DNA of 63,289 nucleotides, counting the filler, from Octopus bimaculoides (lineage: Eukaryota), in the NCBI RefSeq assembly GCF_001194135.2. It is 7 parts of 7 records of this genome, joined end to end, with 100 filler letters (N's around TTAATTAATTAA, not from the genome) between each part and the next. Parts side by side here need not be neighbours in the genome. Positions count along the whole stretch, not along the records: positions 42,391 to 56,077 come from NC_068993.1; positions 56,178 to 61,049 come from NC_068995.1; positions 61,150 to 63,289 come from NW_026350436.1; 4 more parts are not named here. One strand, given 5' to 3'. The notes under the pieces were generated by a model, which saw nothing but the letters and a program-made list of their open reading frames with translations, was not told the origin of the DNA and ran no database searches. A program made the translations under genes and the position numbers. This document shows, in pieces, positions 51,630 through 63,289 of the stretch. The stretch's first letter is position 1; the number at the start of each line of letters is the position of its first letter.

Positions 51630-52060
51630 CAGGAAGCGGTGGGTAAATTGACGCCATTTTATATATTTAATTTCGCGCATTGTTTACTTTTGATTTTGTT
51701 GACTACACAGTATTGTAGGGTAAGGTGGGCACCGTCTGTGTGAAAAACAGCTCCATGATGCTATTCACTTCGCTAGAAATTTGGAAACAACATGCTGTAC
51801 TGCTTGGCATTCGCGCCGGAAGCTCCAATATGAACATCTCAGAGTGTTGGGTGTCAATCTGAGGACCTGTGCCGAGATTGATAAAAATGAAACATCCAGT
51901 CAACATCATGGTGTTTGGAGTGGTCCCTAATGATATCGATGTTAATCTTTTATTCATCTTCCCACACGGCCTCACACTCAACACGGAGGCCTACACCAAG
52001 CGCCTAGAGGAGGTAGTGCTGGTCTGGATCAAGAGGGGTCTGCTGGAAAACCCTATGTTC
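51630..52060 (+). mobile_element. ITm (maT-like) transposon remnant, internally deleted
   Basis: TA|caggaagcggtgggtaaattgacg TIR-like start, similar to the end at 1408-1433; KMKHPVNIMVFGVVPND...FIFPHGLTLNTEAYTKRLEEVVL. Confidence 0.75.
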
Positions 52061-54000
52061 AGTTATGCGCGTTAAACTTTGTTTTCGAATGGTCTACTTT
52101 AGGTGTGTCAGATATAAGTCATAGGACTGTTAGAATAGTAATTTGGTTAGAGTTCACAAAAGATTATAAGAAGGTGAAAAGGTTAGTTAATCAGAAGATG
52201 TCTAATTAAAGTTCGTTTGCTGTTGGTATTATTTGATAACTGTTTAGAAAATTTAGCCTGTGTGTTTTGAGAAGGTAAAAATTGAGGGCCTAGGTTACTA
52301 TAAGTATTTATAAGAAAATTATATACGCTTTCAGTCGTGTTTATTTTTGATGATAATTATAATATATAATTCTAGACCTTTGTACAATTGTAAATGTGGG
52401 GCATCATACAAATGCGTGAAACATGCAGCTTGCCGTTCGGCTGTCAGAAGGGTGGAAGCGATGACCTTTCTGACAACTTCTCTTTTCTCTTCTCATAGAA
52501 GCAGTTAGTATGTTAGAGCAAGAATACAAAGACGGGCTGATATACATAACAAAAACATATACACTCATTCCAGTATTTACATATTTATACACGTGCTCAC
52601 GCACATTAACGAATAACTGTATGTTTTTCTTTGCATTCATCGAGTGCATATTTGCATACTGTATGTGTATGGTGTGGCTTCACGTGCGTGCACATTAACA
52701 TAGATACATACATATATACATATGTGTGTGTGTGTGTGCGTACGAGTGTGTGCATGGGTGTGTGTTTGCGTGTGTGCGTGTGGTGTGTAAATATAAATAT
52801 ATATGCAAGTATATATATATATATATATATATNNNNNNNNNNNNNNNNNNNNNNNNNNNNNNNNNNNNNNNNNNNNNNNNNNNNNNNNNNNNNNNNNNNN
52901 NNNNNNNNNNNNNNNNNNNNNNNNNNNNNNNNNNNNNNNNNNNNNNNNNNNNNNNNNNNNNNNNNNNNNNNNNNNNNNNNNNNNNNNNNNNNNNNNNNNN
53001 NNNNNNNNNNNNNNNNNNNNNNNNNNNNNNNNNNNNNNNNNNNNNNNNNNNNNNNNNNNNNNNNNNNNNNNNNNNNNNNNNNNNNNNNNNNNNNNNNNNN
53101 NNNNNNNNNNNNNNNNNNNNNNNNNNNNNNNNNNNNNNNNNNNNNNNNNNNNNNNNNNNNNNNNNNNNNNNNNNNNNNNNNNNNNNNNNNNNNNNNNNNN
53201 NNNNNNNNNNNNNNNNNNNNNNNNNNNNNNNNNNNNNNNNNNNNNNNNNNNNNNNNNNNNNNNNNNNNNNNNNNNNNNNNNNNNNNNNNNNNNNNNNNNN
53301 NNNNNNNNNNNNNNNNNNNNNNNNNNNNNNNNNNNNNNNNNNNNNNNNNNNNNNNNNNNNNNNNNNNNNNNNNNNNNNNNNNNNNNNNNNNNNNAATTTT
53401 GAAGGATATAAAAATGTAATTATTAAAGAATATTAATAAATGTTATGGCTTAAGGGCAGGCATGAGCGGCATACGTTTCAACCTTAGATGATTTCAATTG
53501 GTACGAAGGGGGTAGGGGTCCGAAAGATTAACGGAGGGGGTAGCGTCTATTTTGACTAATCATTTCAACACGCACGCATTGAAACAACACGCGTTCGTGA
53601 AATGACGTACACACGAACATTCATACACACAAGCATTCAAAGTAATGCGCAAGAATATAAACATTCAGATACGCCACCCCCAACTTTTACAACATCAGTA
53701 TTGATATATTTTATATAACACTGAATGTGTCCTCCTTGTGCTCATTAATTCTTTAAATAATTGTCATGAAGAAAGCGGACGGAGACTGGTTTCAAACTGA
53801 GAGAGAAAACCGCATGTCTGGAATTGATATAAGAGTACTAAAGCGTATATACGCGTGTGCGCGCGCGTATGCACACACACACACACACACATGAGCGCAC
53901 ACATTAGACGTAATGAATGACCAAACAATAAATGCTTCACTGTTTTTTACATAACTACACATAAAACCATACCTGATATATGTGTATGTATATACATACA

Positions 54001-54031
<31 letters not shown>

Positions 54032-54456
54032 GTATATATATATATATATAAATTTAGTAAATGGAGTAAAACGCATATGTTGAATGAATTCTTTTATTTC
54101 CAACATATGTTTCAAAGATTACAAGTTATACCTTCCATAGGAATAGGTGATGTTGATAAGGATGTAATCTTCTCTTCAGGGAAATACATAGGAACCGGCT
54201 TAACCGTAAGACATTTTAACCGAATNNNNNNNNNNNNNNNNNNNNNNNNNNNNNNNNNNNNNNNNNNNNNNNNNNNNNNNNNNNNNNNNNNNNNNNNNNN
54301 NNNNNNNNNNNNNNNNNNNNNNNNNNNNNNNNNNNNNNNNNNNNNNNNNNNNNNNNNNNNNNNNNNNNNNNNNNNNNNNNNNNNNNNNNNNNNNNNNNNN
54401 NNNNNNNNNNNNNNNNNNNNNNNNNNNNNNNNNNNNNNNNNNNNNNNNNNNNNNNN

Positions 54457-54489
<33 letters not shown>

Positions 54490-56014
54490 ATCACCCCAAT
54501 GTATTTCTGGTTCATATAACCGACAACCGGAGTGGAAATGGTGTTTATGGGTTGTGTTGAATGAAGTGGAGAATTTGGTTAGTACTGTGAAATTTGACTC
54601 ATAAATAGCCGTTTAATTACTGCCTCCTGTTGAACTGGTGATAGTGGTGCTGATGATCGCTTGAACTAGGACTATGAGAGGTGGTGAAATCTTCGTTTCC
54701 GAAAGCAGCCAATGAAAGATAGGCTTTGAAACTGGCAAAACCTCTTTGGCCGATTAGAAAAGTTGCCACTATGCTGGATGTTTTCAAAGTGTTTTCAAAG
54801 TCCTTCCAGTTTCTGTCAACCAAATCCACTCACAAGGTTTTGGTTAGCCGGGGGCTAACGGTAGAAGACACTTGCTGAAGGTGTCACGCAATCCAGAATC
54901 ATGTGGTTGGGAAACAAATTTCTTACCACGCAGCTACGTTTGAACTCAAATACTTCAAATTGTATTTTATTGATAAGAGGTCGAGTGGGTGTCTAATAAT
55001 TGTAAAATTGTATTTAATAATATCCTGTTTAACTGTATTCAAAGGGACAGTTAAATCATGAAAAATAGTACAAGGAAAATGCCTGAGAGAAAATGCCGTT
55101 ACATTGTATTAAACCCTCATAAATATAATAATAAGATATAATATAATATATATCCGTTGCCTGGTAACAGATATATTTACAGAACAAACAAAAAAATAAA
55201 GAAAAAAGAAAAGAAAAGAAGCAAAATCAAAGAAGAGGAAAAAACGGACTGGAATTTAATTAGTTTAGCAGGGAAAGGAGACAGATATACGCACCATAGT
55301 TATGAGGCCTCTTCTGAAAACAAATGTACAAGTCGTCCTTCAGCTAACAAGTCGGCTATTCTGACTTTCAGATATCAAGCAATAAAGCAAGCTATTGACA
55401 AAATCTTGACAAAGATAAATTGATAGGGAAAAATAGGAAAGCTTTCAGTGAAAAGAAATTAAATTGTGAGTTTAGCGTAAGACACATACGATAGTTGTGC
55501 ATACGAAGATGTATGATTCCTTATTGTTCTTTTTGTCTAACTCCAACTCTAGGCTTACCACCTGACACACATCGAGGAAAGTTATGAACACAGTGGTTCC
55601 AAATGTGACCATCCGTTTGTTTTTAACAGGTTTAATTCATCTACGAATAGAGTTTTCAGTAAGGCAGTTTCTATGGTTGTACAGTGAACATTCAATGTGA
55701 TTCGGCTGCTGTTACTAACAGGTCGAACGACTGATTTTGTATTTACTTGTGCATATGTGAATGTATGTATGTGTGTACGTGTGTGTTTGTGTGTGAAAGA
55801 GAGATAGAAAGGGGGAGGAGAGAGAGAGGAAAGAGAAAATGCAGAATAGCATTACAGCCCGTGGCATAAACATCACCGTTTTGTAGATTGTCTAAAATCA
55901 CAGCTATTAACTTACAGTCTACTTACGCATGCACACATTAAGACACACACACGCGCGCGCGCGCGCAAACACCTACATGATCTATATATATAAAAATGAG
56001 AATGTGTGTGTGTG

Positions 56015-56077
<63 letters not shown>

Positions 56078-56178
56078 NNNNNNNNNNNNNNNNNNNNNNN
56101 NNNNNNNNNNNNNNNNNNNNNTTAATTAATTAANNNNNNNNNNNNNNNNNNNNNNNNNNNNNNNNNNNNNNNNNNNNC

Positions 56179-57628
56179 GATCCCTAATCTGGTGGTCAAT
56201 GAGGAAACTTGGGATAGATGAATGGTTAGTGAGAGCTGTGCGAGCCATGTACAGAGACGCTGTCAGTAAGGTGAGGGTTGGCAATGAGTACAGTGAAGAA
56301 TTCTGGGTAGAGGTAGGGGTCCACCAAGGTTCAGTTCTCAGTCCCCTCCTATTTATCATAGTCCTCCAGGCAATAACACAGGAATTCAAGACAGGATGCC
56401 CCTGGGAGCTCCTCTATGCTGATGACCTTGCTCTAATAGCTGAGTCACTATCAGAACTAGAGGAGAAGTTTCAAGTGTGGAATCGAAGGACCTTCAAGTC
56501 AATCTAGCAAAAACCAAAGTTATAATAAGTAGGAAGGCAGACAAACCACAAACCCCTTCAGATAGATGGCCCTGTTCAATCTGTAGAAAAGGCGTAGGCA
56601 GAAACTCTACAAGATGTACCCAGTGTAAGCTCGCAAGGAATGAAGCCAGTATTCTCCGATGGATGTGTAATGTCAGTGTGCATACTCGACAGAGTGTAAG
56701 TACCTTGAGAGAAAAGTTGGACCTCAGAAGCATCAGTTGTGGTGTGCAAGAGAGACGATTGCGCTGGTATGGTCATTTGGCGAGAATGGATGAGGATAGT
56801 TGTGTGAAAAAGTGCCACACCCTAGTGGTTGAGGGTACCTGTGGAAGCGGTAGACCCAGGAAGACCTGGGATGAGATGGTGAAGCACAACCTTCAAACAT
56901 TAGGCCTCACCGAGGCAATGATTAGTGACCGGGACCTTTGGAAATATGCTGTGCGTGAGAAGACCTGGCAAGACAAGTGTCACCATAACCCATGGCCTTT
57001 ACCAGGGGTGTAGCCAGCCCACTGATGCGTGCCTTTCCTTCTTTGGACATAAAACTCTGCTTGCGAAGACCTGTTGAGGCAAGTGAAATCAAAATCAAAA
57101 ATTGATCCAAATTCGTTGACTGGCATCCGTGCCAACCTTCCTTCATTGGACACTAAACTCGGCTTGCTAAGACCTGTTGGGACAAGTGAGATCGAAACTG
57201 GACCAAATTCGATGACTGGCACCTGTGACATTGGAGCGCTAACAGCACCATCTGAGCGTGACCACTGCCAGAGCAGTGCTCTCGCTTCCATGCCGGTTGC
57301 ACGTAAAAAGCACCATTTAAGCACGATCGTTTCTGGCTTCGCCTTACTGGCACTTGTGCCAGTGGCATGTGAACAAAACATTGGACTGACTCCTGTGCAG
57401 GTGGCATGTAAAAGAACACCATTTGTGCATGGCCATTGCCAGTACTGCCAGACTGGCCCTCATGCCAGTGGCACGTAAAGAGCACCCACTACACTCTCAG
57501 AGTGGTTGGCGTTAAGAAGGGCATCCAGCTATAGAAACTCTGCCCGATCAGATTGGATTCTGGTGTAACCATCTGGTTCGCCAGTCCCCAGTCAAATCGT
57601 CCAACTCGTGCTAGCATGGAAAGTGGAT
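56179..57628 (+). mobile_element. RTE LINE 3' portion (RT, internal deletion, C-terminus, 3' UTR)
   Basis: VGVHQGSVLSPLLF, LLYADDL, WPCSICRKGVGRNS, ERRLRWYGH, GRPRKTW; one frameshift near 56480; the UTR runs to the gap. Confidence 0.95.
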
Positions 57629-57689
57629 NNNNNNNNNNNNNNNNNNNNNNNNNNNNNNNNNNNNNNNNNNNNNNNNNNNNATATATATA

Positions 57690-57850
57690 GGGAGAATTCA
57701 CAAAAAAACAACAGACGAAGACAGGTGGTGTAGAAAACAAATAGATGTGTTAGTATAGCACTTGGGAATTGAAAGAGTCTTTAACGTTTCGAGCCTACGC
57801 TCTTCCACAGAAAGGAACACAGAAAGAAACAAGGAGAGAAAAAAATGTGT
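57690..57850 (-). mobile_element. Short repeat copy carrying a minimal hammerhead-like motif (57779-57814)
   Basis: Minus strand CTTT-CTGTGGA-A-GAGC-gtag-GCTC-GAAA-CG-TT-AAAG. Confidence 0.55.
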
Positions 57851-58264
57851 ATTCACTTTTTCAAGCTTGTGTGACTCAGGTGGATCTCTGATGCAGATTT
57901 CTGGATCCCTTGCCAGTTTCCAAACATAGCCAGACATGTTTACACAGAAGTTTGGAAACAAACAACACTGTTTATGAGTTGGTGAGGGTTATTTACAGCT
58001 ATTGCACAATATCAATAGTAAGAGACACACACTCACATATATGTCTCTGTCTTTCTCTTGCCATATCATCATCATCATCATCGTTTAACGTCCGCTTTCC
58101 ATGCTAGCANNNNNNNNNNNNNNNNNNNNNNNNNNNNNNNNNNNNNNNNNNNNNNNNNNNNNNNNNNNNNNNNNNNNNNNNNNNNNNNNNNNNNNNNNNN
58201 NNNNNNNNNGGACGTTAAACGATGATGATGATGATGATGATATATATATATATATATCAGTTAG

Positions 58265-59155
58265 ATAAAGTTAAAACATGGTCTAGTTTTCATGTTTTGT
58301 ATCATTGCATTTAAATAAAAATTTTACAATGTTGAAGTGTGTTAAACATTAAAGAAATATTTTGTAATGTTCACAAAGTTCAATTAGCGCTTTCATACAT
58401 TTGTAATAATCATCAGATTTCAAAATGTATTTAACTGACAGTTGAGTTCTTGAAAACTGTAGTAATATGACTGACCTCTTCCTTTTTATACCTAGAAATT
58501 TGATCTACTGCATCAAATGCCCTAATTGGGAGGAACTATACATTGGTGAGACAGGGACACTCATTATCAGAATGCTCATGAGTCCAGAGACATGAACACT
58601 AATGTTCACCAAAAGAAAAACATTTTATTAAAATGTTCAAACCTGTTCTGAACGGAAATAACAACAATAATATAACTAGTTAATGATGTGGCTTAAAAAA
58701 TATCTTTAACATATCAATATAAACAAATTACACCAACTGAAATGAAAACAGTCAGAACCAAGTAAGTTTTCTCACTCATAAAACCCTTATATGTAAACTG
58801 CAAGCTAATTGGTTAAAATAAAGGCAGGATTTATGCCAGTAACGTTGGTACACCTAGCAAACTGTAATGTATAAGCTGCATGCTGATTGGTCAAAACCGT
58901 ATTCAAAACATTCAGCTTGTTGGAGCCTTCTAAGAGGTATAAAAATGAAGAAATCAGTCATTTTACTACAGTTGTCAAGAACTTAACTGTCAGTTAAACA
59001 CATTTTGAAATACTATGATTACTACAAGTGTATGAAATTGCTAATTGAACCTTATGAACATTACAAAATATTTTTTTAATGTTTAACACACCTCAATATT
59101 GTAAAAAAGTCAGACCATGCTTTAACATGAAAATCAGACCATGTTTTAACTTTAT
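58265..59155 (+). mobile_element. Penelope-like element: GIY-YIG remnant between about 210-bp inverted repeats
   Basis: NLIYCIKCPNWEELYIGETG (from 58497) and KEKHFIKMFKPVLN (to about 58653); 58265-58481 is an imperfect reverse complement of 58947-59155. Confidence 0.8.
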
Positions 59156-59217
59156 TCAACTGTTATATTATTCTATACACATTTACACAAACTTGGAAAA
59201 TATATATATAAAAATAT

Positions 59218-61029
59218 CAGTGGCGTGCAGTGACTTCCAGGGCTGGGCATCACCCCCAGCAATTTTTCAGTAAATAAATTTTCGTATTCCTACAATTTAC
59301 ATATGGGAGATTCTGAATATGCAATCACCCCCATATGACCTAGAATAAGCAGGGAATAAAAAATAGCTCTGTAGAGATGAGCCTGAAATAAGTGTGTTGT
59401 TTGTATTTTTCTCTCTCTTCGAAACGTCAGTACTTTCCCATCCTCACTCTCCCTTAAAAAGTCTAAAAATCATAAGTGAAATGTAATAAAGATGAAATTG
59501 GATTCTGTTAATATTTTTGCAAATTCAGAATCTCTGTTATATTAAAATTTTTTTTAATGTTCTAAAATGTTATTTACCTCATTTATAAATTAAATCAATT
59601 CTTCGATCTTTCTGGGCAAATATATCTATCACATTTTCATAGAAATCTTCTCTTTTCATCAATTGTTGTAATAAATCTTTTTCAATTGACATTAGTGCTA
59701 ACCCAGACAGTCTTCTTNNNNNNNNNNAACCTAATGCAGTAAAGGATCGCTCTACAGAAGCAGTGGTAGATGGAATTGTCAAAATCAATAAGGTCACTGC
59801 TGTAAATGTAACTCATTAAATGACTTACACTTCACTTTTTAAAATCTTTCATTAAATACATCACATTGAGCTCACTTTGTAATTGTATTACATCAAAAAA
59901 TCTGCCATAAGTGATTTTTAAAGAATGTATAGAGTCCACAGGAAATTGTTTGCAATATTCATCAACTTTGTTGAAATTCTAAAGTTCCATGAATTTAAAC
60001 TCTTCTAAGGATGAATATTGTGCTTTTATTTGGTCAACTACTGTACTGATAATTTTGTTATAAAGCATTCTATAATGTCGTTGGGGCTCAATAGATATAT
60101 TTTTGGATCTCTGAATTCCGATTCCTGCATCGACTCCATATTTTTCCCCTAACATATCAAGTTCGTTTTCGAGTACAGTTCTAGTTTTATCTATTTGCTC
60201 TTTACAATACACTATGTCATGACTTTTACTCTGGAGGATGTTAAATAAGATGTCAGTAAAAGAAAAAATGTCACTGAATACTTCTAACAAAAATAAGAAA
60301 TCAGGAGCTTTTAAAGTGTGTAAGAATCCAATTACTGAATTTATGGTGGTATCATCCCATACTTCAGGATTTTCGATGATGTGTTCAAAAAGGCTGATTA
60401 TGAGATTATAACTTTCCTTTGTAGTAATTCCATCTTGTTGCTTTCGGAAATCTTTTTTTAACTATTTTATGTAATGCATTAGCCCTTTTCAGTGATTTCG
60501 TAAAATATGTACCCAGTCCGTTTATTGTAGAAAAAAATATCTTGCATTCTTTCATAGCAGAGCATGATTGTGATAGAACTAAATTTAAGATATGGGCACA
60601 ACAATGAATAAAGATCGCACATTCATATTTCTTTCTTTCTTTTGCCTGTAACCCATTTAATTGTCCTGCCATTGTAGTGGCACCATCATATGTCTGTGCA
60701 ATCAATTTGTTTCTACATTCCCACGTCGCAATGCATTTAAAAACATGTTCAGATAAAGCATTTGCAGATCGATCTGCACTAACATCACTAAAACCGATAA
60801 ATCGTTCTTTCGTCACACAGTCTTCTGTAACATAACGTAAAACTGTTGACAGTTGTGAATATGCTGAGACATCAGATGTCTCATCAACAAAAATATAAAC
60901 AAACTTAGCTTGCTCAATTTCCTTTTGCATCTCATTCAACATAACTTTATGAATTGCATTGATCAAGTCATTTTGAATTCTGTTTGACAGACCGGTGAAG
61001 ATAGAAGCTGTATCTAAATGACTTTCCAT
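59218..61029 (-). mobile_element. hAT transposase pseudogene (ZMYM1/DUF4371-like) with 3' TIR
   Basis: VDETSDVS, QTYDGA, IHCCAHILNLV, TRWN, TIPSTTASVERSFTAL, RLSGLALMSIEK; TIR cagtggcgtgc at 59218; frameshift near 60400; 5' end in a gap. Confidence 0.9.
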
Positions 61030-61743
61030 TTTTTGTCATATTTACTGATNNNNNNNNNNNNNNNNNNNNNNNNNNNNNNNNNNNNNNNNNNNNTTAATTA
61101 ATTAANNNNNNNNNNNNNNNNNNNNNNNNNNNNNNNNNNNNNNNNNNNNATATAAATGAGCATACATGTTTCTTGATTGCGTTTGTGGTGTTGTTGCTTC
61201 TTTTTTCATATGTATTTGTGTAAAACTGTGTTAATTCCGATCAATATTTCTTTCTACATTTTGGTAGGTCGATGCCTAGCGAGAACAGAGATGGTTTGGT
61301 CGGTTGTGTTATGGTAAATGAAAAAGAAAAGCAAAAAAACCCCGAAAAACATCGTACTACTACTAATAAAAATATTAATAATAATAATTCTTAATGACGA
61401 CAACATCAGCATCAATAACTTCATCAGCAGTGAGTAGAACAACAATAACAAAACTAATCTGTGAAATGAATGTCAGAGACCACAAAATATATCAGAAACG
61501 CAAAAGAAAAGAAAAAAAAAAGGATTGAAAAGAAACAATAACAAAAATAGCAACACAAAAAAAAAAGCAATGAAAAAAATAGTAAGAAATGCTATAAGTG
61601 AATAAAACAACTAAAATAAGATGAACATTAAAAATAATTATAAAGAATAAACAAACAAAAGAAAAATAACGAAAACAATGTAAAACATGAAAGTGAAATG
61701 TATAAATACTGGAAAATAAAATATATTAGTGAATATTTAGGCG

Positions 61744-62915
61744 ATGGTGATGATGATGATGATGATGATGATGAGGATGATGATGACGATGAGGATAATT
61801 TTGATGAGCACAATGATGAAGTTGTTAATGATGATGATGATAATGATGATGATGNNNNNNNNNNNNNNNNNNNNNNNNNNNNNNNNNNNNNNNNNNNNNN
61901 NNNNNNNNNNNNNNNNNNNNNNNNNNNNNNNNNNNNNNNNNNNNNNNNNNNNNNNNNNNNNNNNNNNNNNNNNNNNNNNNNNNNNNNNNNNNNNNNNNNN
62001 NNNNNNNNNNNNNNNNNNNNNNNNNNNNNNNNNNNNNNNNNNNNNNNNNNNNNNNNNNNNNNNNNNNNNNNNNNNNNNNNNNNNNNNNNNNNNNNNNNNN
62101 NNNNNNNNNNNNNNNNNNNNNNNNNNNNNNNNNNNNNNNNNNNNNNNNNNNNNNNNNNNNNNNNNNNNNNNNNNNNNNNNNNNNNNNNNNNNNNNNNNNN
62201 NNNNNNNNNNNNNNNNNNNNNNNNNNNNNNNNNNNNNNNNNNNNNNNNNNNNNNNNNNNNNNNNNNNNNNNNNNNNNNNNNNNNNNNNNNNNNNNNNNNN
62301 NNNNNNNNNNNNNNNNNNNNNNNNNNNNNNNNNNNNNNNNNNNNNNNNNNNNNNNNNNNNNNNNNNNNNNNNNNNNNNNNNNNNNNNNNNNNNNNNNNNN
62401 NNNNNNNNNNNNNNNNNNNNNNNNNNNNNNNNNNNNNNNNNNNNNNNNNNNNNNNNNNNNNNNNNNNNNNNNNNNNNNNNNNNNNNNNNNNNNNNNNNNN
62501 NNNNNNNNNNNNNNNNNNNNNNNNNNNNNNNNNNNNNNNNNNNNNNNNNNNNNNNNGATGATGAGGATGAAGTGGATGATGATGATGATGATGATGAGGA
62601 TGATGAGGATGATGAAGATGATGATGATGATGATGATGAGGAGGAGGAGGAGGATGATGATGAGGATGCTGATGACCATGCTGATGATGACGTTGATTAT
62701 AGTGATGATGACGCTCTGGCACGCGATGGTGACAAGGTAATAGGGGTGACGGTGATTGCGTTGATAGTAGTGATGTTAATGACTGTTGTTTGTGGTTACG
62801 TTGATGAAGGTTTCAGGTGATAGATCAGAGTGATGGAGATGTTGCTGCTGGTTGTGATCATAAACATGGCAGACTAAGGTGTCATCCTTCTTTGCCGGCG
62901 GTGTCGCCGTCGCCG

Positions 62916-62947
<32 letters not shown>

Positions 62948-63115
62948 GTCCCGGTCTCCCTCCTCTTCCCGTTCATAGTGATGGCGATCGTCATGGTGAT
63001 AATGTGTATGATGATGAAGGCGATAGTGAAAATGATGCTGCACGAGATGATGATGATGATGATGACGATGATGATGATGATGGTAGTGGTGGTGGTGGTG
63101 GTGGTGTTGCTGGTG
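61744..63115. repeat. (GAT)n-based triplet-repeat field spanning a gap
   Basis: Direct reading; source of poly-D/M/H ORFs. Confidence 0.9.
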
Positions 63116-63289
63116 GGTATTACAGACATAATGAATATACATTGATTGATTTGCTTGTCCGTTGAACCTCACATTAAACAAAGACGATATTTCTGTATAC
63201 ATACACGTACATACGCAGACATATGTATAAACGCACACACACACAAATGCATATACACACATATGCATATATATGTATATATGTATATA

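Noticed and set aside
52442-52475. 12-bp hairpin tgtcagaagggt/acctttctgaca
   Set aside because: Too short for a miRNA precursor, no SECIS geometry; plausible by chance.

Overview
AT-rich, gap-riddled animal genomic DNA, almost entirely repeats. The SINE, microsatellite and LINE repertoire looks like an octopod cephalopod (Octopus-like); this is an inference from recalled repeat families, not a database result. No intact protein-coding gene, rRNA, true tRNA or CRISPR array is supported. Recognisable content is: decayed ITm transposons (mariner, Tc1, maT-like, one mariner MITE), hAT remnants, a tandem pair of non-autonomous Helitrons, LINE fragments (CR1-like, RTE, R4/Dong-type), Penelope-like remnants, many tRNA-derived SINEs of at least three families, and dense simple repeats. 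One 115-bp non-repetitive segment with canonical splice sites (20342-20456, +) may be a host exon, which would make the window mostly intron. Most ORF-track entries are microsatellite or N-gap artefacts. The most unusual signals are: (1) Penelope-type minimal hammerhead-like motifs, one inside a 346-bp element that joins a tRNA-Ser-like Pol III head to inverted termini; (2) a micro-inversion that flipped a Helitron 3' end; (3) several long inverted repeats that could form dsRNA; (4) a minisatellite derived from a LINE coding motif; (5) a cluster of elements nested in (AAT)n tracts. All alignments were done by eye, and coordinates of degenerate repeats are approximate to tens of bases.
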